A stretch of 64,000 nt of DNA from Flavobacterium sp. (lineage in GTDB: Bacteria; Bacteroidota; Bacteroidia; Flavobacteriales; Flavobacteriaceae), in assembly GCF_004211145.1 (NCBI RefSeq), contig NZ_SEBS01000015.1, positions 27,760 to 91,759 of the forward strand, written 5' to 3'. This document shows positions 54,937 through 64,000 of this stretch, one piece after another. Below the pieces are notes generated by a model. That model was given only the letters and a program-made list of their open reading frames with translations. It did not search any database and had not been told where the DNA came from. The translations under genes and the position numbers were made by a program. Every line of letters begins with the position of its first letter. Positions within the stretch are counted from its first letter, which is position 1.

Positions 54937-55182
54937 ATGGAAACTAACAACAACCGCGATCGACACCAGGAAGATCCGCAAGAAAAGAAACAGAACGCAC
55001 GCGAACACGATGAAAAATACATCGGAGCCGATAAGGACGTTTCGGGAAATGATATCGCAGATGAAGGCCGCGACGAGCGTTCGCATCACCAGCAGTTCGG
55101 GAACCGAAAATACGAATCGTTTAAAAACCATTCATCGGCCGACGATCAACCCACGACGAATACCGGACCCGGAAATATGTAA
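54937..55182 (+). CDS. Small hydrophilic His/Asp/Glu-rich protein (paralog 1), unknown function
   Basis: 81 aa with no hydrophobic segment. METNNNRDRH.. N-terminus and ..YESFKNHSSADDQPTTNTGPGNM C-terminus shared with the downstream paralog. It has its own terminator. Confidence 0.6.
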   Translation: METNNNRDRHQEDPQEKKQNAREHDEKYIGADKDVSGNDIADEGRDERSHHQQFGNRKYESFKNHSSADDQPTTNTGPGNM

Positions 55183-55189
55183 CGAATTG

Positions 55190-55215
55190 AGCCTGTGATT
55201 TTCACGGGCTTTTTT
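55190..55215 (+). terminator. Rho-independent terminator
   Basis: AGCCTGTGA (55190-55198) pairs with TCACGGGCT (55202-55210), with one G-U pair. Loop is 3 nt, followed by a T-run. Confidence 0.8.
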
Positions 55216-55295
55216 ATGCGGTGATTTTAACGCCGGATTTTTGATTTTCGCCAGAATGCTTCGTACTTTTATATTGATTTTCAAATGCATTTGAG

Positions 55296-55538
55296 ATGGA
55301 AACCAATCGCGACAATTTCGCGTCTGATCGGGATGATCAGCGTGAGAACGGCGAGGTTCTGAACAGTTTTCAGGAACCGGAAGGTATCAAAGATGGCGAT
55401 TTATCTGATCGCGACGAACATTCGCACGACAGGAAAAAACACCACGACCATCATCACATTGGGCGCTACAGGTCGTTTTCGAATTATTCGTCGGCGAGCG
55501 GCCAACCGAGCACGAATACGGGCCCGGGACTTTTTTAA
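55296..55538 (+). CDS. Small hydrophilic His/Asp-rich protein (paralog 2), unknown function
   Basis: 80 aa. METNRDNFASDRDD.. N-terminus, HSHDRKKHHDHHHIG His cluster, and C-terminal YRSFSNYSSASGQPSTNTGPGLF. It has its own terminator. Confidence 0.6.
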   Translation: METNRDNFASDRDDQRENGEVLNSFQEPEGIKDGDLSDRDEHSHDRKKHHDHHHIGRYRSFSNYSSASGQPSTNTGPGLF

Positions 55539-55559
55539 CGGTGTCATTCAAACAAAGCA

Positions 55560-55584
55560 AAGCCTGCGAGAAGCGGGCTTTTTT
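55560..55584 (+). terminator. Rho-independent terminator
   Basis: AAGCCTGC (55560-55567) pairs with GCGGGCTT (55573-55580). Loop is GAGAA, followed by a T-run. Confidence 0.8.
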
Positions 55585-55683
55585 ATTTCAGAAAATATGC
55601 CGATGATTTTTAAAGAGTGTAGAATGTAAACGAAAGATTTTCAATCTGATAAAAGCGTTCTTCCGATGCGATGCACAAAATAT

Positions 55684-56199
55684 CTAGACCGAAACGATAT
55701 TCTTGCGATTGCGTCGACGTTTAAAATGCGATTGGCGCATTCGGTCATGTTCGCCTGAAATGATGCTTATGTTTCCATCGGGTTCGAGCATCGCCAGTTT
55801 CACGTCCGAATAATGTTCGACGCCATGTTCACGCATCGCTTCACTCAACTCGTCGTGGCTGATATCGAGTTTGCCCAGTATCTTGAAATCGGGTTTTCCG
55901 TTGTGGATCAGTATCTGAGGTTTGTCGGACAACAGATTTCCGAAGAAACTCGATTTCGCGATGGTTTTCTTGATTACGAAGTTGAGCGCAAACAAGACCG
56001 TTGCGGCCGCCAATCCGCCCCAAAGAGACGTGTCGGGACCGACCATCGCATTCTGCACCGAATTGCTGATGAGTAAAATCAGGATGATATCGAACGTATT
56101 GAGCTGCGACAATTCTTTTTTCCCGAAAATCCGCAACGCGACGACCATGAACACATAAACCGCCGCGCTCCTGATCACGATGTCGAGATAGGGATTCAC
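55684..56199 (-). CDS. DUF421-domain (YetF-like) membrane protein
   Basis: [40 protein letters not shown] is typical of DUF421. Its start overlaps the rimK-like stop by 4 nt. Confidence 0.8.
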   Translation of the reverse strand: MNPYLDIVIRSAAVYVFMVVALRIFGKKELSQLNTFDIILILLISNSVQNAMVGPDTSLWGGLAAATVLFALNFVIKKTIAKSSFFGNLLSDKPQILIHNGKPDFKILGKLDISHDELSEAMREHGVEHYSDVKLAMLEPDGNISIISGEHDRMRQSHFKRRRNRKNIVSV

Positions 56200-57572
56200 T
56201 TGATCTGAAGCTTAAAATTCTTCTCGATCGCCTTGATCATTTCACCCGCGATGTCCTTGTTCGTCGCGCCTTCGATGCCTTCGAGTCCCGGAGAAGAATT
56301 CACTTCGAGCAACAAAGGACCTTTCGACGATCGGATGATATCGACGCCCGCGACTTTCAGGTCCATGGCTTTCGCGGCCTTGATCGCGATTTTTTTCTCT
56401 TCGAGCGTGGGTTTTATGACCGACGCCGTTCCGCCCAAGTGAATGTTCGCGCGAAATTCCCCGGGTAAGGCCTCGCGCTGGATCGCGGCGACTACTTTTC
56501 CGTCGATTACGAACAACCTCAGGTCTTTTCCGTCGGCTTCCTTGATAAATTCCTGGACGAGAATGTTCGCGTTCAGACTCTTGAAAGCATTGATTACCGA
56601 TTCAGCGGCTTTCTTCGTCTCGGCCAAAACGACACCTTTCCCTTGTGTGCCTTCGAGAAGCTTGACGATAAGCGGCGTTCCTCCGACCATCTTGATCAAA
56701 TCATCGGTATCCAATGGCGAATTCGCAAAGCCTGTCGTCGGGATATCGACGCCGTGATTGAGCAACAATTGGAGCGAATATAATTTGTCGCGCGATTGCG
56801 TGATGGCGTGCGATGAATTAAGGCAATACACTTTCAAGGCTTCGAACTGACGCGTCAACGCACAGCCGTAAAACGTGATGCTCGGCCGGATTCTTGGGAT
56901 AATCGCGTCGTAATCGTTAAGGATTTTGCCGCCGCGATAATGGATTTCAGGATTGTGTGCGTCGAGTTTCATATAACATTCCTTGATATTCAGGAAATGC
57001 ATTTCGTGGCCGCGCATTTCGCCGGCTTCCATGATGCGTTTGTTGCTGTACAGTTCGGGATTGCTCGCGAGAAGCCCGATTCGAAGTCCGCTTTTCGCCT
57101 TCACTGCGTCGCGATATAAAACTTTAAGATTATCCGACGACGGCTCGCCCAGCACATACGTTTGAGATGGATCGACGATTATTCGACCGATCATCGCTTC
57201 CCGGCCCAACAACATCCTAAATCCCATTGAATCCCGATTCGTGAGCGTCATTTCAACGGGCCAGGTCTGTCCGTCGATTTCCAACTCGGTTCCTATCACG
57301 TAGCGTTGTTCGCGATATCCGCTCGAACTTTTCACGACGCGCTTCCCGATGAGCGGCGCCTCGCAATGCAACACGGTTTTAAGGTTTTTCTGTATCGGGT
57401 TCACGTCGAAACGGACCCAGTTTTCATCGTCTTTGCGGAAAGGCGCGATATTGATGGCGTGCAATGCCGAAGTTTTGGCGCCCGAATCGACGCGCGCTCG
57501 TATTTTAGGAATTCCAAGGGCAGGGAAGGAGCACCATTCCTCGCTTCCGATGACCAATTTTTGCTCTTGCAT
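56196..57572 (-). CDS. rimK: RimK-family ATP-grasp alpha-L-glutamate ligase fused to an N-terminal retropepsin-like (COG4067/DUF785-type) domain
   Basis: The C-terminal ~300 aa is ATP-grasp ([42 protein letters not shown]). The N-terminal ~140 aa ([33 protein letters not shown]..) resembles the domain annotated as 'ATP-dependent zinc protease'. Confidence 0.85.
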   Translation of the reverse strand: MQEQKLVIGSEEWCSFPALGIPKIRARVDSGAKTSALHAINIAPFRKDDENWVRFDVNPIQKNLKTVLHCEAPLIGKRVVKSSSGYREQRYVIGTELEIDGQTWPVEMTLTNRDSMGFRMLLGREAMIGRIIVDPSQTYVLGEPSSDNLKVLYRDAVKAKSGLRIGLLASNPELYSNKRIMEAGEMRGHEMHFLNIKECYMKLDAHNPEIHYRGGKILNDYDAIIPRIRPSITFYGCALTRQFEALKVYCLNSSHAITQSRDKLYSLQLLLNHGVDIPTTGFANSPLDTDDLIKMVGGTPLIVKLLEGTQGKGVVLAETKKAAESVINAFKSLNANILVQEFIKEADGKDLRLFVIDGKVVAAIQREALPGEFRANIHLGGTASVIKPTLEEKKIAIKAAKAMDLKVAGVDIIRSSKGPLLLEVNSSPGLEGIEGATNKDIAGEMIKAIEKNFKLQIK

Positions 57573-57703
57573 GAGGCTGATATTTGAATCAAAGTTATCT
57601 CTTTTGGACCTTTTTTCTCCTTAGTATTTAGAAAAATTTAGCCACGAATCACACGAATTTTCTGAACACAAGTCAATTCGGGAAATTCGCGCAATCTTCG
57701 GCT

Positions 57704-57738
57704 AAAAAACAAAACCCGCCAATTTCTCAGCGGGTTTT
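57704..57738 (-). terminator. Rho-independent terminator of clpC
   Basis: Forward AAAACCCGC (57711-57719) pairs with GCGGGTTTT (57730-57738). On the minus strand the hairpin is followed by TTTTGTTTTTT. Confidence 0.75.
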
Positions 57739-57757
57739 CAATATTAAATTATGATTA

Positions 57758-60304
57758 TCAATTCGTTGGTTCCTGCGCCTTTTGCACGGTTACAGTGAGT
57801 TCGTCGGCGGCATCATCGGCGAGATCCATGAAGATTTCGTCTCCGGCGCCGATTTTAGACGAAATGATTTCCTCGGCCAACGCATCCTCGACGTATTTCT
57901 GGATCGCCCTTTTCAACGGACGCGCCCCGAACTGCTTGTCGAAACCTTTGTCGGCGATGAACGCTTTCGCTTTGTCCGACAAACGCAACGTGTAGCCAAG
58001 TTCAGCGATACGAGCGTACAATTTCTTGAGCTCGATCTCGATGATCAGGTCGATGTCGTGTTTTTCCAACGGGTTGAATACGATCACATCGTCGATTCGG
58101 TTCAAAAACTCAGGCGCGAATGCTTTCTTCAACGCGTTCTCGATAACCGATTTCGCGTGTTCGTCGGCCTGGTTGACTTTCGCCGATGTGCCAAAACCGA
58201 CACCTTGACCGAAGTCTTTCAACTGACGCGCCCCGATGTTCGACGTCATGATGATGATGGTATTCTTGAAATCGATTTTACGGCCGAGTGAATCGGTGAG
58301 AAAACCGTCGTCCAGGACCTGCAACATCATGTTGAAAACGTCAGGGTGCGCTTTTTCAATCTCATCGAGCAAGACGACACAATATGGTTTGCGACGTACT
58401 TTCTCGGTCAATTGTCCGCCTTCTTCATATCCGACGTAGCCCGGAGGCGCTCCGACCAAACGCGAGATTGCGAATTTCTCCATGTATTCGCTCATGTCGA
58501 TACGAACCAAAGCATCTTCGGAATCGAAAAGTTCACGAGCCAAAACTTTCGCCAGTTGGGTCTTACCGACACCTGTCTGTCCGAGGAAAATAAACGATCC
58601 GATCGGACGGTTCGGGTCTTTCAATCCCGCGCGGTTACGTTGGATCGATTTCGCGATCTTTTGAACCGCTTCGTTTTGCCCGATGACTTTGTCTTTGATA
58701 AGATCCGGAAGTTTCGCGAGTTTGTTGCTTTCAGTCTGTGCGATGCGGTTCACGGGAATTCCGGTCATCATCGACACCACGTCGGCCACATTATCTTCGG
58801 TCACGACGATACGGTTGCTTTTCGAATCTTCTTCCCATTGCTCCTGGGCAATCGCAAGATCTTTCTCCAGACGTTTTTCGTCGTCGCGCAATTTCGCGGC
58901 TTCTTCGTATTTCTGTTTTTTGACGACCGTATTCTTGAGTTCGCGCACTTCTTCGAGTTGACGTTCCAAGTCAAGAATCTGCTTCGGCACGTCGATATTC
59001 GTGATGTGCACGCGTGATCCTGCTTCGTCCAAAGCATCGATCGCCTTGTCCGGAAGGAAACGCTCGCTCATGTAGCGGTTCGTCAATTTAACGCAGGCTT
59101 CAATCGCCTCGTCGGTATACGTGACGTTGTGGTGATCTTCGTACTTGTTCTTGATGTTGTTGAGGATCGTGATGGTTTCCTCGACCGATGTCGGCTCCAC
59201 GATGACTTTCTGGAAGCGTCTTTCAAGTGCTCCATCTTTCTCGATGTATTGACGGTACTCGTCCAAAGTTGTCGCTCCGATGCATTGGATTTCTCCACGC
59301 GCCAAAGCCGGTTTGAACATGTTCGAAGCATCGAGTGAACCAGTCGCACCGCCGGCGCCCACAATTGTGTGGATCTCGTCGATGAACAAAATGATGTCGT
59401 CGTTCTTCTCGAGTTCGTTCATGACGGCTTTCATTCTTTCCTCGAACTGGCCGCGGTATTTCGTTCCGGCAACCAAGCTCGCCAAGTCAAGCGTCACGAC
59501 CCTTTTGTTGAAAAGGATGCGCGATACTTTCTTTTGGATGATGCGAAGCGCCAGACCTTCGGCGATCGCCGATTTACCGACTCCGGGTTCTCCGATGAGA
59601 AGCGGATTGTTTTTCTTGCGTCGGCTAAGGATTTGGGAAACGCGTTCTATTTCTTTCTCGCGCCCTACTACGGGATCGAGTTTGCCTTCTTCGGCCATCT
59701 CGGTCAAGTCGCGACCGAAATTGTCGAGTACGGGTGTTTTCGATTTCTTGTTCGATTTGTTCTGGGGATTGTTGAAATTCCCCTCTTTCAAACTGTCATC
59801 TTGTCCGGGATCGTCGTTATACGATTCGTTCCTCGGAAGGTTTTCCATGAATTCTTCTTCGTTTGGCGTCATATTCAGATATTGTTCTTTGGCTGCGTCA
59901 TAGTCGATTTTGAGCTTGTTGAGCAGCTTGGTTGTTGGGTCATTTTCATTCCTCAAGATGCACAAAAGCAAATGTGCGGTACTGATTGATGTGCTTTGAA
60001 AGACCTTCGCTTCGAGGAATGTGGTTTTCAGCGCGCGTTCAGCCTGGCGCGTCAGGTGAAGGTTTTTCTTTTCATTGCTGATATCGACGTTCGGGTTGGC
60101 AGGACTGAGTATCTCGACTTTGCGGCGCAAATGCTCAAGATCGACCGAAAGGTTGTTCAGTATAGTGATCGCCTTTCCATTGCCGTCCCTGAGGATTCCC
60201 AGCATGAGATGCTCGGTGCCAATGAAATCATGACCCAACCGCAAGGCTTCTTCCTTGCTGTAGGTTATGACGTCTTTGACCCTTGGTGAAAAATTATCAT
60301 CCAT
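57758..60304 (-). CDS. clpC: ATP-dependent Clp protease ATP-binding subunit ClpC (class I Hsp100 AAA+)
   Basis: 848 aa. Double Clp_N repeat, two Walker A sites (GEPGVGKSA, GQTGVGKTQ) and a UVR-like linker (KQKYEEAAKLRDDEKRLE). Confidence 0.95.
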   Translation of the reverse strand: MDDNFSPRVKDVITYSKEEALRLGHDFIGTEHLMLGILRDGNGKAITILNNLSVDLEHLRRKVEILSPANPNVDISNEKKNLHLTRQAERALKTTFLEAKVFQSTSISTAHLLLCILRNENDPTTKLLNKLKIDYDAAKEQYLNMTPNEEEFMENLPRNESYNDDPGQDDSLKEGNFNNPQNKSNKKSKTPVLDNFGRDLTEMAEEGKLDPVVGREKEIERVSQILSRRKKNNPLLIGEPGVGKSAIAEGLALRIIQKKVSRILFNKRVVTLDLASLVAGTKYRGQFEERMKAVMNELEKNDDIILFIDEIHTIVGAGGATGSLDASNMFKPALARGEIQCIGATTLDEYRQYIEKDGALERRFQKVIVEPTSVEETITILNNIKNKYEDHHNVTYTDEAIEACVKLTNRYMSERFLPDKAIDALDEAGSRVHITNIDVPKQILDLERQLEEVRELKNTVVKKQKYEEAAKLRDDEKRLEKDLAIAQEQWEEDSKSNRIVVTEDNVADVVSMMTGIPVNRIAQTESNKLAKLPDLIKDKVIGQNEAVQKIAKSIQRNRAGLKDPNRPIGSFIFLGQTGVGKTQLAKVLARELFDSEDALVRIDMSEYMEKFAISRLVGAPPGYVGYEEGGQLTEKVRRKPYCVVLLDEIEKAHPDVFNMMLQVLDDGFLTDSLGRKIDFKNTIIIMTSNIGARQLKDFGQGVGFGTSAKVNQADEHAKSVIENALKKAFAPEFLNRIDDVIVFNPLEKHDIDLIIEIELKKLYARIAELGYTLRLSDKAKAFIADKGFDKQFGARPLKRAIQKYVEDALAEEIISSKIGAGDEIFMDLADDAADELTVTVQKAQEPTN

Positions 60305-60561
60305 AGTGTATTATTTGGGAGTAGAAATATTAGTTTTTTGCAGCTCTTTTTACAAAAACCGTTCCCTGCCAAATCTACTGACAGCTAAGTGACAAAAAAT
60401 ATGGCAATAAACGAGTTAAACAGTTACTAATTTATTAACGTCGGCAGTCGCCAAATTGTTAATAAAATAAGGGGAAATTAGCATTTGCGCTCGATAAAAA
60501 ACGCCTTGAAAACGTTATATTAGCAGGATTTTTATACTAAAATAATTTTAACAAACTGAAT

Positions 60562-63138
60562 ATGTCTGACGGATCGAAATTAATTCCGATTAACATTGAA
60601 GATGAAATGAAAACGGCCTACATCGACTACTCGATGTCGGTAATTGTGTCACGTGCGCTGCCAGATGTCAGGGACGGACTCAAACCCGTACACCGCCGCG
60701 TATTGTTCGGTATGTACGAGCTCGGCGTACTTTCAAATCGCGCCCATAAAAAATCTGCGAGAATCGTTGGGGAAGTCTTGGGTAAATATCACCCGCACGG
60801 CGACTCCTCAGTATATGACACCATGGTTCGTATGGCCCAGGAATGGAGCTTGCGTTACCTTTTGGTAGACGGACAAGGTAACTTCGGATCGATCGACGGC
60901 GACAGCCCTGCGGCGATGCGATACACCGAGGCCAGGATGAAAAAGATCTCAGAAGAAATCCTTGCCGACATCGACAAAGAAACCGTAGACTTCCAACTCA
61001 ACTTCGACGACACGCTCGAGGAGCCGAAAGTCATGCCAACGAAAGTTCCGAACCTTCTCATAAACGGAGCGTCGGGAATCGCCGTCGGTATGGCTACGAA
61101 CATGGCGCCGCACAACCTAACCGAGGTCATCGACGGAACGCTTGCCTACATCGACAACGAGGAAATCGAAATCGACGAATTGATGAACCACATCAAGGCG
61201 CCCGATTTCCCTACCGGCGGTGTCATTTACGGATACGAAGGCGTTCGTGAAGCGTTCAAGACCGGCCGCGGACGAATCGTCATGCGTGCCAAAGCGAATT
61301 TCGAGGAAGTAGACGGACGCGAGTGCATCATCGTGTCTGAAATCCCGTATCAGGTCAACAAGGCCGAAATGATCAAGAAAACGGCCGACCTCGTAAACGA
61401 CAAGAAAATCGAGGGCATATCGAACATTCGCGACGAATCGGACAGAAACGGAATGCGCATAGTATATATATTGAAACGCGAAGCCGTTCCGAACGTCGTC
61501 CTGAACACGCTCTATAAGTTTACCCAATTGCAGTCGTCTTTCAGCGTGAACAACATCGCGCTTGTAAAAGGCCGTCCGCAGTTGTTGAACCTCAAGGAAC
61601 TTATCCACTATTTCGTCGAGCACAGGCATGAAGTAGTCGTGCGCCGTACGCAATATGAGTTGCGCAAGGCCGAGGAACGCGCGCACATTTTGGAAGGTTT
61701 GATCATCGCGTCCGATAACATCGACGAAGTGATCCGCTTGATCCGATCATCGAAAGACGGTGACGAAGCGCGCTCGAAATTGATCGAAGCGTTCAAATTA
61801 TCTGAAATCCAGGCACGTGCGATCGTCGAGATGCGTCTGCGTCAATTGACTGGTCTCGAACAAGATAAATTACGCGCTGAATATGAAGAACTGATGAAAA
61901 CCATCCAACGCTTGAAGGATTTGCTCGCGAGCAAGGAACTCAGAATGGATCTCATCAAACAAGAATTGATGGAAATCCGTGAAAAGTACGGAGACAACCG
62001 TCGTTCGGTAATCGAATACGCAGGAGGTGACGTGAGCATCGAGGATCTGATCGCCGATGAAAGCGTCGTTATCACGATTTCGCATGCGGGTTACATCAAA
62101 CGCACGCCCCTTTCCGAGTACAAGACGCAGAACCGCGGTGGCGTCGGGCAAAAAGGTGTGGCGACACGTGACGCCGATTTCCTCGAGCATTTATACGTGG
62201 CGACGAACCACAACTATATGATGTTCTTCACGCAAAAAGGAAAATGTTACTGGATGCGTGTCTACGAAATTCCTGAAGGAAACAAGACAAGCAAAGGTCG
62301 CGCGATCCAAAACCTTATTAACATCGAGAACGACGATAAGGTAAAAGCATTCATTTGTACGAAAGATTTGAAGGACGTCGAATACGTGAACAATCATTAC
62401 GTGATCATGGTGACCAAACAAGGTCAGGTGAAAAAGACGTCTCTGGAACAATATTCGCGCCCTCGAACCAACGGTGTGGCCGCAATTACCATCAGGGAAG
62501 ATGACGAACTACTCGAAGCGAAACTGACGACCGGGAACAGCCAGGTTCTGGTTGCCGTGAAATCAGGGAAATTGGTTCGCTTTGAGGAAGGAAAAACGCG
62601 TCCGATGGGAAGAACCGCTTCAGGAGTCCGAGGCATCACATTGGCCGACGAAAAAGACGAAGTAATCGGAATGGTAACCGTAAACGACATGAATTCTGAA
62701 ATCCTCGTGGTTTCTGAGAACGGTTACGGGAAACGTTCCTCGCTCGACGACTACCGCATCACGAACCGCGGTGGAAAAGGAGTGAAGACGCTCAACATCA
62801 CCGACAAGACCGGAAAACTCGTGTCGATCAACAGCGTTACCGATGCCGACGACTTGATGATCATTAACAAATCGGGACTCACGATCAGGATGGCAGTCGA
62901 GGATCTTCGTGTCATGGGCCGCGCCACGCAAGGTGTGCGACTTATCAACATCAAAGGAAACGATTCGATCGCTGCCGTGACCAAAGTCATGAAAGAGGAA
63001 GAAGCGCTTGAGGTCGATGCTGAGGAAATCGAAGCGAACGGTCCGATCTCAGCCGAGGATATCACCGCAGAAGTTTCAGATGCGGCCGATGATTCGGACG
63101 ACACCGACGATGCGGACACCGATGAAACAAAAGAATAA
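60562..63138 (+). CDS. gyrA: DNA gyrase subunit A
   Basis: Active-site/QRDR context [20 protein letters not shown] and AAMRYTE (catalytic Tyr). C-terminal beta-pinwheel repeats and an acidic tail. Confidence 0.97.
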   Translation: MSDGSKLIPINIEDEMKTAYIDYSMSVIVSRALPDVRDGLKPVHRRVLFGMYELGVLSNRAHKKSARIVGEVLGKYHPHGDSSVYDTMVRMAQEWSLRYLLVDGQGNFGSIDGDSPAAMRYTEARMKKISEEILADIDKETVDFQLNFDDTLEEPKVMPTKVPNLLINGASGIAVGMATNMAPHNLTEVIDGTLAYIDNEEIEIDELMNHIKAPDFPTGGVIYGYEGVREAFKTGRGRIVMRAKANFEEVDGRECIIVSEIPYQVNKAEMIKKTADLVNDKKIEGISNIRDESDRNGMRIVYILKREAVPNVVLNTLYKFTQLQSSFSVNNIALVKGRPQLLNLKELIHYFVEHRHEVVVRRTQYELRKAEERAHILEGLIIASDNIDEVIRLIRSSKDGDEARSKLIEAFKLSEIQARAIVEMRLRQLTGLEQDKLRAEYEELMKTIQRLKDLLASKELRMDLIKQELMEIREKYGDNRRSVIEYAGGDVSIEDLIADESVVITISHAGYIKRTPLSEYKTQNRGGVGQKGVATRDADFLEHLYVATNHNYMMFFTQKGKCYWMRVYEIPEGNKTSKGRAIQNLINIENDDKVKAFICTKDLKDVEYVNNHYVIMVTKQGQVKKTSLEQYSRPRTNGVAAITIREDDELLEAKLTTGNSQVLVAVKSGKLVRFEEGKTRPMGRTASGVRGITLADEKDEVIGMVTVNDMNSEILVVSENGYGKRSSLDDYRITNRGGKGVKTLNITDKTGKLVSINSVTDADDLMIINKSGLTIRMAVEDLRVMGRATQGVRLINIKGNDSIAAVTKVMKEEEALEVDAEEIEANGPISAEDITAEVSDAADDSDDTDDADTDETKE

Positions 63139-63153
63139 CACAATTTAAATAGT

Positions 63154-64000
63154 ATGAAAATCCAACAATTGTTTTTAGCGACAGCGCTTGTTGTTTCGGC
63201 AAGTGCGTTCGCGCAAAAAGACGAGCTTAAAACGCTCAAGAAAATCTACGCGATTGAAAAGCCGTCGCAAAAGGATCTTGCAGAGTACAAAGCGGCCGTC
63301 GCAAAAGCCGAACCTTTGGTTGCCAGCTCGACCGAATCCGATAAAGTTTATCTTGATTTCTACAAGGCGATGACTCCGATCATGGAAATTTCGGTTCCCG
63401 AGAATGCGAAGAACGTCCAGTTGGCGGAAAGCTCGGTAAGCGCTGAGAATCTTACGCGTCTGGCCACAGCTTTGAACGCCACGCTTGAATTCGAGAAAAA
63501 ATCAGGAAAAAAAGTGTACACCGACGACATTCTCGAAACATTGCAATCGCTCAAACCGCAAGCACTTACGTATGCGATTTCGTTGGGAAAGCAAAATAAG
63601 TTCAAAGAAGCTTCAGATGTACTGCACGCCATTTACCTGCTCGACAAAAAAGACGCCGACAATTTGTATTATGCCGCCAGTTACGCGGTAAATGCGCAGG
63701 ATTACGACACTGCGATGAAATATTACAATGAGCTTGTGGCAATGAAATACACGGGCGAAAAAACAAACTATTTCGCCAAGAATAAGGCCAACGACGCCGA
63801 AGTTACGTTCCCAACGAAAAAAGAACGCGACGACGCCGTTAAACAGAATTTGGTTTATTATGCCGCACGTGACGAGCAAGAGCCGTCGAAGCAAGCCGAG
63901 ATTTATGGCAACATGGTTAAAATCCTGATCAGCCAAAAGAAAAAGGATGAAGCGAAAACCGTGCTTACGCAGGCGCTTGCGGCGAATCCGAACGATGCCG
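63154..64000 (+). CDS. Secreted TPR-like repeat protein, 3' end cut by window edge
   Basis: Hand translation from ATG 63154 gives MKIQQLFLATALVVSASAFAQKDELKTLKKIY.., a signal peptide. The frame stays open to the window end and has TPR-like helices (..DNLYYAASYAVNAQDYDTAMKYYNELV..). It is absent from the ORF track because no stop lies within the window. Confidence 0.65.
   Translation, partial: MKIQQLFLATALVVSASAFAQKDELKTLKKIYAIEKPSQKDLAEYKAAVAKAEPLVASSTESDKVYLDFYKAMTPIMEISVPENAKNVQLAESSVSAENLTRLATALNATLEFEKKSGKKVYTDDILETLQSLKPQALTYAISLGKQNKFKEASDVLHAIYLLDKKDADNLYYAASYAVNAQDYDTAMKYYNELVAMKYTGEKTNYFAKNKANDAEVTFPTKKERDDAVKQNLVYYAARDEQEPSKQAEIYGNMVKILISQKKKDEAKTVLTQALAANPNDA

Noticed and set aside
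54922-55131. 69-aa minus-strand hydrophobic ORF opposite small hydrophilic protein 1
   Set aside because: It is the antisense shadow of the plus-strand ORF. The plus-strand ORF has a paralog downstream and a matching plus-strand terminator; the minus ORF has neither.
60305-60561. Heat-shock-type operator or structured element in the clpC-gyrA divergent spacer
   Set aside because: Only a TAGATTTG -7-like box (reverse complement of 60370-60377) with a poorly spaced -33 was found. No convincing inverted repeat or known operator was present, so the evidence is too weak to report as a feature.
1-64000. tRNA, rRNA, tmRNA, RNase P or other standard RNA genes; integrases, transposases and defence systems
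   Set aside because: I scanned the intergenic regions by eye and saw no cloverleaf-compatible ~75-nt segments or rRNA-like stretches. No ORF translation shows transposase, integrase, restriction, Cas, toxin-antitoxin or phage hallmark motifs. Absence by eye is not proof, and tRNAscan/Infernal would settle it.

Overview
The window reads as a core chromosomal segment of a Bacteroidota (Flavobacteriia-type) genome. This call rests on three proteins with Por/T9SS-type C-terminal tails, TAnnTTTG-type -7 boxes upstream of several genes, mostly absent Shine-Dalgarno sequences, and typical gene content. About 55 genes are supported. They include housekeeping genes (rpsA, fumC, prfB, gcvT, thrA-thrB-thrC, hutH, aguB-aguA, clpC, gyrA), a TonB-dependent receptor, PiT/DUF47, OMPLA and M1 and S9 peptidases. 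Also present are an ArsR-SRPBCC pair, a RimK fusion, and many small conserved-domain or hypothetical genes. I saw no rRNA, tRNA, CRISPR array, transposase or integrase, and no recognisable defence, toxin or prophage genes. All product calls come from motif recognition by eye, with no database search. The most unusual signal is non-coding. Most intergenic regions at gene 3' ends carry degenerate tandem arrays of short 'words' (7-17 nt), such as ATTAGCGGA/ATTAGCGAA, GGAAATTTGAAAAT, TTGACAATTG, TAGGCTTTAGGCT, GAGATTTGAGTATTGAG, CAGTTAAGATAGTTGAG, GCCGCGAATTCGCGAAT and TTAGACACGCTGCGCTTTGGAC. These are arranged as inverted pairs with perfect cores of 10-29 bp. They usually start within a few nt of a stop codon, and several word families recur at unrelated loci. 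They sit next to, not instead of, classical GC-stem/T-run terminators. Other notable points: (1) an unannotated 28-codon leader ORF upstream of thrA with 13 Thr codons, whose Thr run forms the 5' arm of a putative terminator helix; (2) an LRR/T9SS protein whose signal peptide is one base out of frame at an A6 tract; (3) two tandem paralogous small His/Asp-rich hydrophilic proteins with a conserved C-terminal motif; (4) two apparent gene remnants inside repeat-flanked intergenic islands.
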